Below are positions 1 through 10,124 of a stretch of DNA of 64,000 bases, piece after piece (position 1 is the stretch's first letter; every line of letters starts with the position of its first letter). Under the pieces are notes generated by a model, which saw nothing but the letters and a program-made list of their open reading frames with translations, was not told the origin of the DNA and ran no database searches. This DNA is from Vulcanimicrobiota bacterium (GTDB lineage: Bacteria; Vulcanimicrobiota; Vulcanimicrobiia; Vulcanimicrobiales; Vulcanimicrobiaceae): contig OY968762.1 in assembly GCA_963695225.1 (NCBI GenBank), forward strand, positions 288,001 to 352,000, read 5' to 3'. Position numbers and translations under genes: made by a program.

Positions 1-1066
1 TGCGCGTCACGCCGGCGAGCCCTTCCTCCGGCGTCAGCCGGAACAGCGTGCAGGCGAAGTTGACGGCCAGCAAGAGCGAGCCCAGCGGCGAGGTCCCCGG
101 GTTCTCGTCCGTCCCAATCGCAATCGGCACGCCCGCGGCGCGCAATTCCGCAATCGGCGGCAAGCGCGTCTCGCGCAGCGCATAGAACGCGCCCGGCAAC
201 ACCACCGCAACCGTCCCTGCCGCACGGAGCACCGCCGCCTCCTCGGGCGGCGTGTATTCCAGATGGTCTGCCGAAAGCGCCCCGAACCGCGCCGCAAGTC
301 TCGCTCCCCCGCCGTCGGTGAACTGATCTGCATGCAGCTTCACGGGCAGCCCCAGCTTCTGCGCCGCCCCGAAAAACCGCGCGATCTGCTCCGGATCGAA
401 CGCGATCGATTCGCAATACGCATCCACCGCATCGGCGAGCCGTTCGCGCGCGATCCCCGGCAGCACCTCATCGCACACGAACCCGACGTAGTCGTCGGCC
501 CTCCCCGCAAACTCCGGCGGCACCGCATGCAACCCGAGGTACGTCGTGCGGACGCGCACCGGAAAGCGCCTGCCCAACTCCCGCGCCACGGCCAGCATCC
601 GCCGCTCCGTTTGGGCATCGAGCCCGTACCCGGATTTGATCTCGATCGTGGTCACGCCCTCGGCGAGGCGGTCGATCAGCCGCCGGCTCGCCGTCGATAG
701 TAGCGCGTCGAAGGGCGCGTCGCGCGTCGCACGAACGGTCGAAAGGATTCCGCCGCCGGCTTGCGCGATTTCGGAGTAGGTAGCGCCTTCCAAGAGCGCT
801 TCGAACTCCCCGGCGCGATGCCCGGCATACACGAGGTGGGTGTGAGGATCGACGAGACCCGGCGTCAGGCAGCGCCCGCGAGCATCGCGGACGACGGCGC
901 CGTTCCGCATCGCCGGCGGCAGCTCGTTGGTCGGCCCGATCCAGGCGATGCGCCCGCCGCGCACGCCGAGCGTGCCGTCCTCGATCAGCCCGTACTTTTC
1001 GCCGGCTTCCATCGTAGCCAGCCGTGCGTGCGTCCAAATGAGCTCGCACGGTTCGAACTCACGCAT
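1..1066 (-). CDS. hutI: Imidazolonepropionase (3' end runs off the window)
   Basis: Manual translation, frame not in ORF track: MREFEPCELIWTHARLATM...LTPGLVDPHTHLVYAG...GGGILSTVRATR...GVTTIEIKSGYGL...KLHADQF...SADHLEY...NPGTSP; divergent from hutF. Confidence 0.93.
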   Translation of the reverse strand, partial: MREFEPCELIWTHARLATMEAGEKYGLIEDGTLGVRGGRIAWIGPTNELPPAMRNGAVVRDARGRCLTPGLVDPHTHLVYAGHRAGEFEALLEGATYSEIAQAGGGILSTVRATRDAPFDALLSTASRRLIDRLAEGVTTIEIKSGYGLDAQTERRMLAVARELGRRFPVRVRTTYLGLHAVPPEFAGRADDYVGFVCDEVLPGIARERLADAVDAYCESIAFDPEQIARFFGAAQKLGLPVKLHADQFTDGGGARLAARFGALSADHLEYTPPEEAAVLRAAGTVAVVLPGAFYALRETRLPPIAELRAAGVPIAIGTDENPGTSPLGSLLLAVNFACTLFRLTPEEGLAGVTR

Positions 1067-1080
1067 CGGCGGGCCGCTCG

Positions 1081-2460
1081 ATGATGAAGCTCTTCGCGGA
1101 AGACGTCCTGCTTCCAAACGGCTGGGCGAAGGACGTGCTGCTTGAAATCGACGAGCGGGGGAATCTCGCGAGCATTCGGCCGGGTTCGCCGCCGTCCGCC
1201 GGGACGCATGTTCGCGGGCCGGTCCTCCCGGGAATGCCGAACACGCACTCGCATGCTTTCCAGCGCGCCCTTGCCGGGCGGATCGAGCGAGCCGGGGGAA
1301 AGGGCCGCGATTCGTTTTGGTCGTGGCGCGAGACGATGTACGAGCTCGTCGAGGCGCTCGGTCCGGACGACCTGGAAGCGCTCGCGACGTCCGCGTATTG
1401 CGAGATGCTGCGCGGCGGCTACACGGCCGTCGGCGAATTCCACTACCTGCATCACGAGCCGGACGGCACGCCCTACGCGCGGCGCGGCGAAACGAGCCTC
1501 CGCCTTCTCGCCGCAGCCGAAACGGCTGGGATCGGGTGCACGCTCCTCCCCGTCTTGTACGGGTCGAGCGGCTTCGGCGGGACGCCCCCCGCCGATCGCC
1601 AGCTGCGTTTCGTGAACGGCCTCGAGGGCTACCTCGAGATCTGGGACGAGGCCGCGCAAGCGGTCTCAGGGAACGCCGACCGGCGCCTCGGCGCCGCGCC
1701 GCACTCGTTGCGCGCGGTCCTGCCGGAACAGCTCCAGACGCTCGTCGCGACGATCGACGAACGCGATCCTCGGGCGCCGCTGCACATCCACATCAGCGAG
1801 CAGCGCGCAGAAGTGGAAGCGTGCCGGCGCTGGAGCGGCCAAACGCCCGTGCAATGGCTCGCCGGGCACGTGGCGCTCTCCGAGCGCTGGACGCTCGTCC
1901 ACGCGACGCACGCGACGGCCCCCGAGCGTTCGTCGATCGCCTTGGCGGGCGCGAACGTCGCGCTCTGCCCCACGACGGAGGCGAATCTCGGCGACGGCAT
2001 CTTCCCGGCCGAATCGTTCGTGCGCGACGGCGGGCGGTACGCGATCGGCTCCGACGGCCACGTCGTGCTGAGTGCGGCGGAAGAATTGCGCTGGCTCGAG
2101 TATTTGCAGCGCCTCACGCTCGAACGGCGCTGCGTCCTCACGGAACCCGGCGGCTCGACGGCGCAGAGCCTTTACGCCGAGGCCGCGCGGTCCGGCGGGA
2201 TCGCGCTCGGCCGGCCGATCGGAGAACTCGTCCAAGGTTATCGCGCGGACCTCGTCGTGCTCGATGCGGCCCATCCGCTCCTGGAAGGTCGCTCGCCCGC
2301 GACGATGCTGGATTCCTACGTCTTCGCCGCGGGCTCCGCCGCCGTCTCGGACGTGATGGTCGGCGGCCGTTGGGTCGTCGAAGAGGGCGCGCACCGCGGC
2401 GAGGCCGAGATTTCGGCCCGCGCGCTACGGACCGCGAGGCGCGTTTTTCGCGAGCGGTGA
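1081..2460 (+). CDS. hutF: Formimidoylglutamate deiminase
   Basis: PGMPNTHSHAFQRA, DSFWSWRE, EFHYLHH, APHSLRAV, HIHISEQ, CPTTEANLGDG motifs; next to hutI. Confidence 0.93.
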   Translation: MMKLFAEDVLLPNGWAKDVLLEIDERGNLASIRPGSPPSAGTHVRGPVLPGMPNTHSHAFQRALAGRIERAGGKGRDSFWSWRETMYELVEALGPDDLEALATSAYCEMLRGGYTAVGEFHYLHHEPDGTPYARRGETSLRLLAAAETAGIGCTLLPVLYGSSGFGGTPPADRQLRFVNGLEGYLEIWDEAAQAVSGNADRRLGAAPHSLRAVLPEQLQTLVATIDERDPRAPLHIHISEQRAEVEACRRWSGQTPVQWLAGHVALSERWTLVHATHATAPERSSIALAGANVALCPTTEANLGDGIFPAESFVRDGGRYAIGSDGHVVLSAAEELRWLEYLQRLTLERRCVLTEPGGSTAQSLYAEAARSGGIALGRPIGELVQGYRADLVVLDAAHPLLEGRSPATMLDSYVFAAGSAAVSDVMVGGRWVVEEGAHRGEAEISARALRTARRVFRER

Positions 2461-2505
2461 GCCGCGCAGAGGCCCCCGTCACCATTCATCCGTAGTACGT
2501 CATCG

Positions 2506-3246
2506 ATGGAAGAACAACGAACGCGCGAACCCGCACGCGCGTATATTCTCGGCGGCAACGGCAGCACGCTCGCGTTCGTGCACGATCTCGTCCCCGATCA
2601 GAAGCAGATCGCAGCGTGGCTCGTCCCGCTCGCGTGGACGCCGGTCGGCGTCGTCCTCGGCGAACCGTGGCAGCGCGTGGGAATCGCCGCCGACAACGTC
2701 GCCGGCTGGGCGGATCAAACGTTTTCCCCCGACGATCCGCGTTCGTTCGTGAGCCCCATGCGCGATCTGGAATTGTTGCAGCGCGTCGGTTGGCGCGTCG
2801 AGCGCCCGACCCGCTTGAGCGAATCCGTCGTGTTGAACCCCGAGGATCTGCCGGAAGACATCCTCGACGGCCTCGACCATCCGGCGGCGACGCTGACGCA
2901 ATGCGCGATCTGCCGCCGCACGTGCGTGCGCGATCACTTCGTGTGGAACGATCGCCAGCTCTGCGCGTGGGATTATCATTCGTCGGTCTTCGGCCGGCGC
3001 GGCCCGTGGCGCGGCGTTCCGTACGAGGAGCGTTTGTTCGAAACGTTGCCGCGCGCGCCGTACGTCGTCGGCGCGTTGCTCGACGAAATCTCCGTCGACG
3101 CGGTCCTCGCGATCTCCGGTTTCCCGGAAGAGGCGCAACGCGAAATCGTCAACCTCGCGATCGAACGCGGGGGCGAGGCATCGTATCTGGCGGTCCGTAC
3201 GGACGACGGCTACACGCTGCTGCGCGAGCGCTCGCCCGCGCGGTGA
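2506..3246 (+). CDS. Hypothetical protein with Cys/His cluster (possible Zn site)
   Basis: 246-aa ORF with CAICRRTC...LCAWDYH; stop overlaps the next GTG start (GTGA). Confidence 0.7.
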   Translation: MEEQRTREPARAYILGGNGSTLAFVHDLVPDQKQIAAWLVPLAWTPVGVVLGEPWQRVGIAADNVAGWADQTFSPDDPRSFVSPMRDLELLQRVGWRVERPTRLSESVVLNPEDLPEDILDGLDHPAATLTQCAICRRTCVRDHFVWNDRQLCAWDYHSSVFGRRGPWRGVPYEERLFETLPRAPYVVGALLDEISVDAVLAISGFPEEAQREIVNLAIERGGEASYLAVRTDDGYTLLRERSPAR

Positions 3247-4670
3247 CCGAAGAGCCCGGCCGGTCGGGCATCAACGCCGCGATCGGGCGTTTGTGGATCG
3301 TCTTCGTCGCGTGCTTTTTGGTGCTGATCGGCCGCCAAGTGTGGTTGCAGATCTTCGCCGCCGACCGCATCGCGAGCGACCCGCACAACCCGCGCGCCGC
3401 GTTGCTGACGGAATATCGCGGCTCGATCCTCGCGCGCGACGGCACGCCGCTCGCGTATTCCACGAAGGCCGGGCGCATCTATCCGTACGGCGCGGCGTTC
3501 GCGCATTCGATCGGGTATCTCTCGAGCCGCTACGGTGCGACCGGCCTCGAAGACGCCTTCGATGCGGATCTGAAGGCGCGCCCGTCCCCTTCCGATCCGC
3601 TCGCGCAAGCGCGCGCGCTGTTCGCGGGCGCTCCGCTCCCCGCGAGCGTTCGCGGGGCCGACGTGATCACGACGCTCGATCCCGCGATCCAGCGCACGCT
3701 CTACGACGCCCTCTCCGAACACGCGCGCGGAGCGGGCGTCGTCCTCGATCCGCGCACGGGCGAAATCCTCGCGCTCGCGAGCGTTCCCAGCTTCGACCCC
3801 GGCTCGATCGATCGCGACTTTCCGGCGTTGCGCGTCGATCCGCAGAGCCGCCTGCTCGACCGCAGCATCGACGGGCTCTACCCGCCCGGCTCGACGTTCA
3901 AGATCTTCACGGCCGCAAGCGCGCTAGACGCGGGCGTCGTCGATTCCGAGGAGACCTTCCACGACAAGGGGACGCTGCAGGTCGGCACGTTCGTGGTGCA
4001 CGACAACGAAGGCGAGGCGACCGGCACGCAAACGCTGACGGGCGCGTTCGCGCTCTCGAGCAACGTCGATTTCGCCGAGATCGCGCTGCGCCTCGGCGCG
4101 GACCGCTGGTTCGGCTACGCGCAGCGCTGGAAGCTCGGCGAGCCGCTCGGTTTCGAGCTCCCCGCCGTCCGCGACCGTCTCCCCGATCCGGCGACGGTTT
4201 CCCCGTCGATCCTCGCCCAACTCGGCTTCGGCCAGGCAAACCTGCTCGTGACCCCGCTCCGCATGGCCCTGGTCGCCGCCACGATCGCGAACGAGGGCGC
4301 GACGCCCCGCCCGCTCGTCGTGCGTGCGATCCGGGGGGCGGGCGTGCCGGTGCGCCGTTTCCCGCATGCGATGTTGACCGCTCCGATCTCGGCCTCGACC
4401 GCGGCCTCCGTCCGCGACATGATGATCGCCGTCGTCACCCGCGGAACGGGGACGGCCGCGGCGCTTTCCGGCGCGCAAGTCGCCGGCAAAACGGGGACCG
4501 CGACGAACTCGACGGGAAGACCGCACGCATGGTTTGTGGCCTTCGCGCCCGCGGAGCACCCGCGCGTCGCCGTAGCGATAGTGATAGAGAACGCCGGCTA
4601 CGGCGGAGCCATAGCCGCCCCGATCGCGCGCCGCGTCCTCTCCACAGCCCTAGAGCGAATCCGCACATGA
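3243..4670 (+). CDS. Class B penicillin-binding protein (PbpA-like transpeptidase)
   Basis: N-terminal TM helix; SxxK (GSTFK), SxN (SSN), KTG motifs; start moved to GTG 3243. Confidence 0.9.
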   Translation: MTEEPGRSGINAAIGRLWIVFVACFLVLIGRQVWLQIFAADRIASDPHNPRAALLTEYRGSILARDGTPLAYSTKAGRIYPYGAAFAHSIGYLSSRYGATGLEDAFDADLKARPSPSDPLAQARALFAGAPLPASVRGADVITTLDPAIQRTLYDALSEHARGAGVVLDPRTGEILALASVPSFDPGSIDRDFPALRVDPQSRLLDRSIDGLYPPGSTFKIFTAASALDAGVVDSEETFHDKGTLQVGTFVVHDNEGEATGTQTLTGAFALSSNVDFAEIALRLGADRWFGYAQRWKLGEPLGFELPAVRDRLPDPATVSPSILAQLGFGQANLLVTPLRMALVAATIANEGATPRPLVVRAIRGAGVPVRRFPHAMLTAPISASTAASVRDMMIAVVTRGTGTAAALSGAQVAGKTGTATNSTGRPHAWFVAFAPAEHPRVAVAIVIENAGYGGAIAAPIARRVLSTALERIRT

Positions 4671-4701
4671 GCAGCCCTATCACCCTGAGCCCGCACCCCG
4701 C

Positions 4702-6807
4702 ATGATCGAGCGCGTCTTCAACGATCGCTACCGCCTCGAAGGCCGCCTCGGCGAAGGCGGCATGGCGACGGTCTTCTCCGGTTTCGACACGCTCCTGCGC
4801 CGCCGCGTCGCCATCAAAGTCTTGCGCGCGCAGTACGCCGCAGACGAAGACTTCGTGCGCCGCTTCTACGATGAAGCGCAACACGCGGCCAAACTCTCGC
4901 ACCCCAACATCGTCAACATCTACGACGTCGGGCACGAAGGCGACACCTACTTCATCGTCATGGAACTCGTCGACGGTGAAACGCTCGCCGAGATGCTGCA
5001 CGGCGGGCGCCGCCTCCCCGAGCGCGTCGCAATCGATTACGCAACCCAAATCTGCAACGGCCTCGCCTACGCGCACCGCCAGGGCCTGCTGCACCGCGAC
5101 ATCAAGCCCGCGAACATCCTCGTCACGAAAGACGACATCGTCAAACTCTCCGATTTCGGCATCGCGCGCGCGGTCTCGACGCAGACCGTCACGATCGCCG
5201 AACCCGGCGTCGTGATGGGCAGCGTGTTCTACCTTTCGCCCGAACAGGCGCAAGGCCGCGAACTGCACGAGCAATCCGATCTCTACAGCCTCGGCATCGT
5301 GCTTTTCCAAATGCTGAGCGGCCGCTTGCCGTACACCGGCGAATCGCCGATCGCAATCGCGCTCAAGCACGTCGCCGATCCGATCCCCCCGCTCGACGGC
5401 GAAGGCGAATCGATCTCGCCCGCCACGTCCGCGATCGTGCACCGCCTGCTCCTCAAGGACCCGGCCGCCCGCTTTTCCTCGGCGAGCGAAGTCGCGGGCG
5501 CGCTGCGCGCGGCCCGGGAGGAACCCGCCGAGGGGCGATTCGCCGCGACGAACGGGCAGAAGGACGCCGCCCGCGCGGCGCGCGCCGCGAACATCCCGCC
5601 GCGCCGCTCGAGCTTCCCGGATCGCAGCGCCGCCGCCGCCTCGGCTCGCGCCGCCCGCGGCATCGCCGCCGACGTCCCCGGCCGCTCGAAGACGCGGTCG
5701 CAGAACGGCCAACGCCCGACGATCCTCCTGCTGCTCGCGGTCTTGCTGGTCGTCGCCTCGTTCGTCGGCTACTTCATGTTCTCCAAGCCCGGCGGGCTCT
5801 TCGGCGCCCCCGTCGAGGTCGCGGATTACGCCGGGCAGACGCTCGACGACGCGCGGCCCGCGATCGAAGCTGCGGGCCTGAAATTCCGCGTGACGCAGGA
5901 GCCGAACGAAACGGTCCAGATCGGCCGCATCATCCGCCAAGCGCCGCCGCCGAAGACGAGCGTCGAGCCGGGGACGACGGTCGAATTGTACGTGAGTTCA
6001 GGTCTGCCGACCGTCGATCTCGTCGACGTGCGCAACTATACGGCCGACGACGCGCAGCGCCTGTTGCGCGGGGCGAAGCTCGTGCCGAAGCTCGTCGAGA
6101 AGTTCGACAAGTCGCCGAAGGGCACGGTCCTCGCGCAGGATCCGCTCCCCGGCGCGAAGCTCGCGCAGCGCAGCATCGTCACGCTGACGGTTTCCAAGGG
6201 CCTCGCGCCCGTCTGGGTGCCGGACGTCGTGAGCATGACCGTCCCCGACGCGACCGCAGCCTTGCAGGCGCGCGGCCTCAAGCTGGAAATCGGCGAGCGA
6301 GCCGCGCTCGACGGCGTCCCGGAGAACGTGGTCGCCTCACAGGATCCCAAAGCGGGTGCGAGCATCGACGCGGGCGCAACGGTCACGGTCGTCGTCAGCG
6401 GCGGCCCGGGGAACGTCACCGTCCCCGAAGTCGGCGGTCAGAGCGTCGCCGAAGCGGTCGCGGCTTTACAGAACGCCGGGCTGCAAGCGACGTTCGTCTA
6501 CATCGTGCAGGTGGGGACGCCGAGCGGCACCGTCCTCGACGAATTCCCCGCAGGCGGCTCGCAAAAACAGCGCGGCTCGCAAGTCCGCCTCTCGATCGCC
6601 GTCCCCGGCACCGTCCCCGACGTCTCCGGCATGACGCTCGATGGGGCGCGGACGGCATTGCAGAACGCCGGCTACCGCGTCGGCAACGTCGCCATCACGG
6701 ACCAAGGCGACGCAGGGAAGGTCGTGCGCACAGAACCCGAAGCGAACGCCCCGCTCCATCCCGACGAAGCCGTAACGATCTACTACAACGCCCCGGCCGC
6801 CCAATGA
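4702..6807 (+). CDS. pknB: Stk1/PknB family Ser/Thr kinase with TM helix and 5 PASTA domains
   Basis: GEGGMA, AIK, HRDIKPAN, DFG, SPEQ; TM segment; five PASTA-like repeats. Confidence 0.92.
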   Translation: MIERVFNDRYRLEGRLGEGGMATVFSGFDTLLRRRVAIKVLRAQYAADEDFVRRFYDEAQHAAKLSHPNIVNIYDVGHEGDTYFIVMELVDGETLAEMLHGGRRLPERVAIDYATQICNGLAYAHRQGLLHRDIKPANILVTKDDIVKLSDFGIARAVSTQTVTIAEPGVVMGSVFYLSPEQAQGRELHEQSDLYSLGIVLFQMLSGRLPYTGESPIAIALKHVADPIPPLDGEGESISPATSAIVHRLLLKDPAARFSSASEVAGALRAAREEPAEGRFAATNGQKDAARAARAANIPPRRSSFPDRSAAAASARAARGIAADVPGRSKTRSQNGQRPTILLLLAVLLVVASFVGYFMFSKPGGLFGAPVEVADYAGQTLDDARPAIEAAGLKFRVTQEPNETVQIGRIIRQAPPPKTSVEPGTTVELYVSSGLPTVDLVDVRNYTADDAQRLLRGAKLVPKLVEKFDKSPKGTVLAQDPLPGAKLAQRSIVTLTVSKGLAPVWVPDVVSMTVPDATAALQARGLKLEIGERAALDGVPENVVASQDPKAGASIDAGATVTVVVSGGPGNVTVPEVGGQSVAEAVAALQNAGLQATFVYIVQVGTPSGTVLDEFPAGGSQKQRGSQVRLSIAVPGTVPDVSGMTLDGARTALQNAGYRVGNVAITDQGDAGKVVRTEPEANAPLHPDEAVTIYYNAPAAQ

Positions 6808-7370
6808 AGCGGATCCTCGGCATCGATCCGGGCCTTCGCACCACGGGATACGGCGCGATCGTGCGCAGCGCGGCGGGCCTCGCGCTGATCGAAGCGGGCG
6901 TCATCACGCCGCGCATCGATCAGCCCCTGGAAGCGCGTCTCGGCACGTTGCACGCGGAACTCGCCGCCGTCATCGAAGCCACTCGCCCGGACGCCCTCGT
7001 CATCGAAGAACTCTGGAGCGCCTACAAGAACCCGGCGACCGCCGTCCTCATGGGCCACGCGCGCGGCGTCCTCTGCCTGTGCGCGCACGAACGCGGCGTC
7101 CCGGTGCACCATCTCGGTCACTCGCTGGTCAAGCGCATGCTCGCCGGCTCCGGATCCGCCCGCAAAGACCAAGTCAACCGCATGGTCATGCAGCACTTGC
7201 ATCTTTCGATCGCGCCGCGCCCGAACGACGTCTCCGACGCCTTAGCGCTCGCCATCGCCTACGCCCACATCGAAGAAACCGAACGCCGCTTCGCCGCCGC
7301 CGGCACCTCGCGCGCATTGGGCATGGCCTACTCCGGCGTCACCCTCGGCCCGTCGAAGGGTGAGATGTAA
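6804..7370 (+). CDS. ruvC: Holliday junction resolvase
   Basis: ILGIDPGLRTTGYG, DVSDALALA; upstream of ruvAB. Confidence 0.95.
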   Translation: MKRILGIDPGLRTTGYGAIVRSAAGLALIEAGVITPRIDQPLEARLGTLHAELAAVIEATRPDALVIEELWSAYKNPATAVLMGHARGVLCLCAHERGVPVHHLGHSLVKRMLAGSGSARKDQVNRMVMQHLHLSIAPRPNDVSDALALAIAYAHIEETERRFAAAGTSRALGMAYSGVTLGPSKGEM

Positions 7371-7373
7371 GCC

Positions 7374-8003
7374 ATGTTCTCCCGCATAACCGGCGCGATC
7401 GTCGAACGCCGCGACGCTTCCGTCCTCGTCGAAACCGCCGGCGTGGCCTACGAGATCGTTCTCGCCCCGTGCGTCGCCGAAAAACTTCGCGACATCGACC
7501 CAACCCGCGTCACGCTCGAAATCTACCCGACGTTCGCGCTCGAAGGCAACAGCGGCCGCTTCACGTTCTTCGGCTTCACGAACGCGATCGAGCGCGAGTT
7601 CTTCGAAGCGCTCCTCACCGTCGCCAGCATCGGTCCGAAAACCGCCGCCCGCGCATTCTCCCAACCCATGGGCAAAATCGCGCAAGCCATCGAACGCGGC
7701 GACCACGCCTATCTCGTGAAACTCCCCGGCATCGGCCAGCAGAAAGCCCGCGACATCGTCGCCAAACTCCAAGGCAAAGTCGCCCGCTTCTTGCTCATCC
7801 AAGACGCCGAACCCCAAGCGCCGCCGCCGATCCCCGGCTACGCAGAAGAAGCGCTCGCCGTCCTCCTGCAACTCGAATACAAGCGCCATGAAGCCGAAGC
7901 GATGATCAAGCAAACCCTCGAAGCCGTCCCCGCCGTGCGCGACACCGAATCGCTCCTCGCCGAAGTCTACCGCCTCAAGAACCGCGCGGAGAAGGCCTCG
8001 TGA
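7374..8003 (+). CDS. ruvA: Holliday junction branch migration protein
   Basis: HhH motifs IGPKTA and LPGIGQQKA; operon position. Confidence 0.93.
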   Translation: MFSRITGAIVERRDASVLVETAGVAYEIVLAPCVAEKLRDIDPTRVTLEIYPTFALEGNSGRFTFFGFTNAIEREFFEALLTVASIGPKTAARAFSQPMGKIAQAIERGDHAYLVKLPGIGQQKARDIVAKLQGKVARFLLIQDAEPQAPPPIPGYAEEALAVLLQLEYKRHEAEAMIKQTLEAVPAVRDTESLLAEVYRLKNRAEKAS

Positions 8004-9082
8004 GCGACCCGGGCGAGACGCGCCGCATCGTCCTCGGCGGCGAAGCTCAATCCGAACGGCTCGTCGCGCCGCAAGCTTCCATGGAAGAAGCCGTCATCGG
8101 CGCAACCCTGCGCCCGCGCACGTTCGATGAATACGTCGGCCAGCACCTCATCGTCGAAAACCTGAAGATCGCCATCGCCGCCGCCCGCGGACGCGGCGAA
8201 TCGCTCGATCATATCTTATTCTACGGCCCGCCCGGCCTGGGCAAGACGACGCTCGCCGCGCTCATCGCGCACGAACTCGCACGCCCGTTCCACGTCTCTT
8301 CCGGCCCGACGCTCGAAAAGCCGAAGGACCTCGTCGGCCTCTTAACCTCGCTCGGCGAGGGCGACATCTTATTCATCGACGAGATCCACCGCCTCGGTCG
8401 AATCGTCGAAGAGTTCCTCTACCCCGCGATGGAAGATTACCGCATCGACATCATCATGGATTCCGGCGCGTACGCGAAAACCTACAAGCTCCCGCTGCAG
8501 CGCTTCACGCTCATCGGCGCAACGACGCGCGCGGGCATGCTCTCCGCTCCCTTGCGCGAGCGTTTCGGCATCACGCACCATCTCGATTACTACGATGCCG
8601 CCGATCTCGAGAAGATCGTCGTGCGCAGCGCCGGCGTCCTCGGCATCCCGATCGATCCCGAGGGTGCGAAGATGATCGCCGGCCGCAGCCGCGGCACGCC
8701 GCGCATCGCGAACCGCCTCTTGCGCCGCGTCCGCGATTTCGCGGAGGTGCGCGCCGGCGGCGAGATCACGCGCGACGTCGCCGACGAAGCGTTGCGCCGC
8801 GAGGGCGTCGACGTGCGCGGCCTCGACCGCCTGGACCGCGCGTTCCTCGGGACGATCGCCGAAGTCTACCGCGGCGGCCCCGCCGGCATCGCCGCAATCG
8901 CCGCGACGCTCAACGAAGATGCCGAAACGCTCGAAGACGTCGTCGAACCGTACTTGCTGCAGATCGGCTTCGTGCAGCGCACCGCGAGCGGCCGCAAGCT
9001 GACCGCCGCCGCCTACGCGCATCTCGAGCGCACGCCGCCCGCCGGCATCGCGCCGGGCGCCACGCAGGAGCGCTTGCTCTGA
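8000..9082 (+). CDS. ruvB: Holliday junction helicase
   Basis: LRPRTFDEYVGQ, GPPGLGKT, FIDEIHRL, GATTRAG, SRGTPRIANRLLRRVRD. Confidence 0.97.
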   Translation: MSDPGETRRIVLGGEAQSERLVAPQASMEEAVIGATLRPRTFDEYVGQHLIVENLKIAIAAARGRGESLDHILFYGPPGLGKTTLAALIAHELARPFHVSSGPTLEKPKDLVGLLTSLGEGDILFIDEIHRLGRIVEEFLYPAMEDYRIDIIMDSGAYAKTYKLPLQRFTLIGATTRAGMLSAPLRERFGITHHLDYYDAADLEKIVVRSAGVLGIPIDPEGAKMIAGRSRGTPRIANRLLRRVRDFAEVRAGGEITRDVADEALRREGVDVRGLDRLDRAFLGTIAEVYRGGPAGIAAIAATLNEDAETLEDVVEPYLLQIGFVQRTASGRKLTAAAYAHLERTPPAGIAPGATQERLL

Positions 9083-9084
9083 AC

Positions 9085-10119
9085 GTGCGGCGCGGCGCGT
9101 TCCTCGCCGGGCTCGCCGGCACGCTGGCCGCAGCACCGCTTGCCGCCGATGCGACCGGCGGTCTCGATATCGATGATACGCCGCCCGTGCGCCGCAGCGT
9201 GCGCGTGCTGCTCGCCTCCGGCAACGGCTTCCCGCCGCCGGAACCGCTCGATGCCGCGAGCTTCCGCTGGAGCGGCATCGCGTACCGCGGCACGTACGCG
9301 AACGTCGCCCTCCCGGATGGAAGCGTCGGCCTGCTGAACACGCTTCCGCTAGATGCGTATCTCTACGGCGTCGTCAGCAAAGAAGTCTCGCCCGCCTGGC
9401 CGCGCGCCGCGCAAGAAGCGCAAGCGATCGTCGCCCGCACGTACGCGCTCGGGAAGCTGCGCCCGGACCGCGCGTTCGACGTGCTTCCCGGTGAAGCCGA
9501 TCAGCGTTACGGCGGCACCGCCGGAGAAACGGTCGAAGGCCGCGCCGCCGTCGACGCGACCTCCGGCATCGCCGTCACTGCCGGCCCGCAACCCGCGCGC
9601 GTCGCCTTCAGCTCGTGCTGCGGCGGCTTCACCGCGGACGCCGGCGACACGTGGGGCAAAGCGTATCCGTACCTCCCCGCGCACGCCGACCCGTACTGCG
9701 CGAATGCGCCGGTCTTCAGCTGGCGCGCCGAGATCCCGTACGATGCGATCGCGCGCGCGCTCGGCGGCGAGTTCGCTGCGCTCGGCCCGCTCGAACGGAT
9801 CGAACTCCGCGAGCCCGACCGCTCCGGCCGCCCGCGCACCGTCGCATTCGTAGGCGCGCAGCGAACGTTCGAAATGCGCACGCCGGATTTCCGCGCGCGC
9901 CTCGGCTACGGCGTGGTGAAGAGCACGCTCCTCCGCTCGATCGCCTTCGGCGGCGCGGACCCGGGAACGCCGGGCGGCACGATCGTGATCGAGGGCAACG
10001 GAAACGGACACGGCGTCGGCATGTGCCAGTGGGGCGCCCGCCAGATGGCGGCCGCCGGCGCCTCCGCGCACGAGATCGTCGCGTTCTACTTCCCGACGAC
10101 GACGCTCGCGCGCGCGTAA
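9085..10119 (+). CDS. SpoIID/LytB domain protein, Tat-like leader
   Basis: YLYGVVSKE, AQAIVARTYA, GNGHGVGMCQWGA; N-terminal RRGAFL. Confidence 0.88.
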   Translation: MRRGAFLAGLAGTLAAAPLAADATGGLDIDDTPPVRRSVRVLLASGNGFPPPEPLDAASFRWSGIAYRGTYANVALPDGSVGLLNTLPLDAYLYGVVSKEVSPAWPRAAQEAQAIVARTYALGKLRPDRAFDVLPGEADQRYGGTAGETVEGRAAVDATSGIAVTAGPQPARVAFSSCCGGFTADAGDTWGKAYPYLPAHADPYCANAPVFSWRAEIPYDAIARALGGEFAALGPLERIELREPDRSGRPRTVAFVGAQRTFEMRTPDFRARLGYGVVKSTLLRSIAFGGADPGTPGGTIVIEGNGNGHGVGMCQWGARQMAAAGASAHEIVAFYFPTTTLARA

Positions 10120-10124
10120 GCCGA

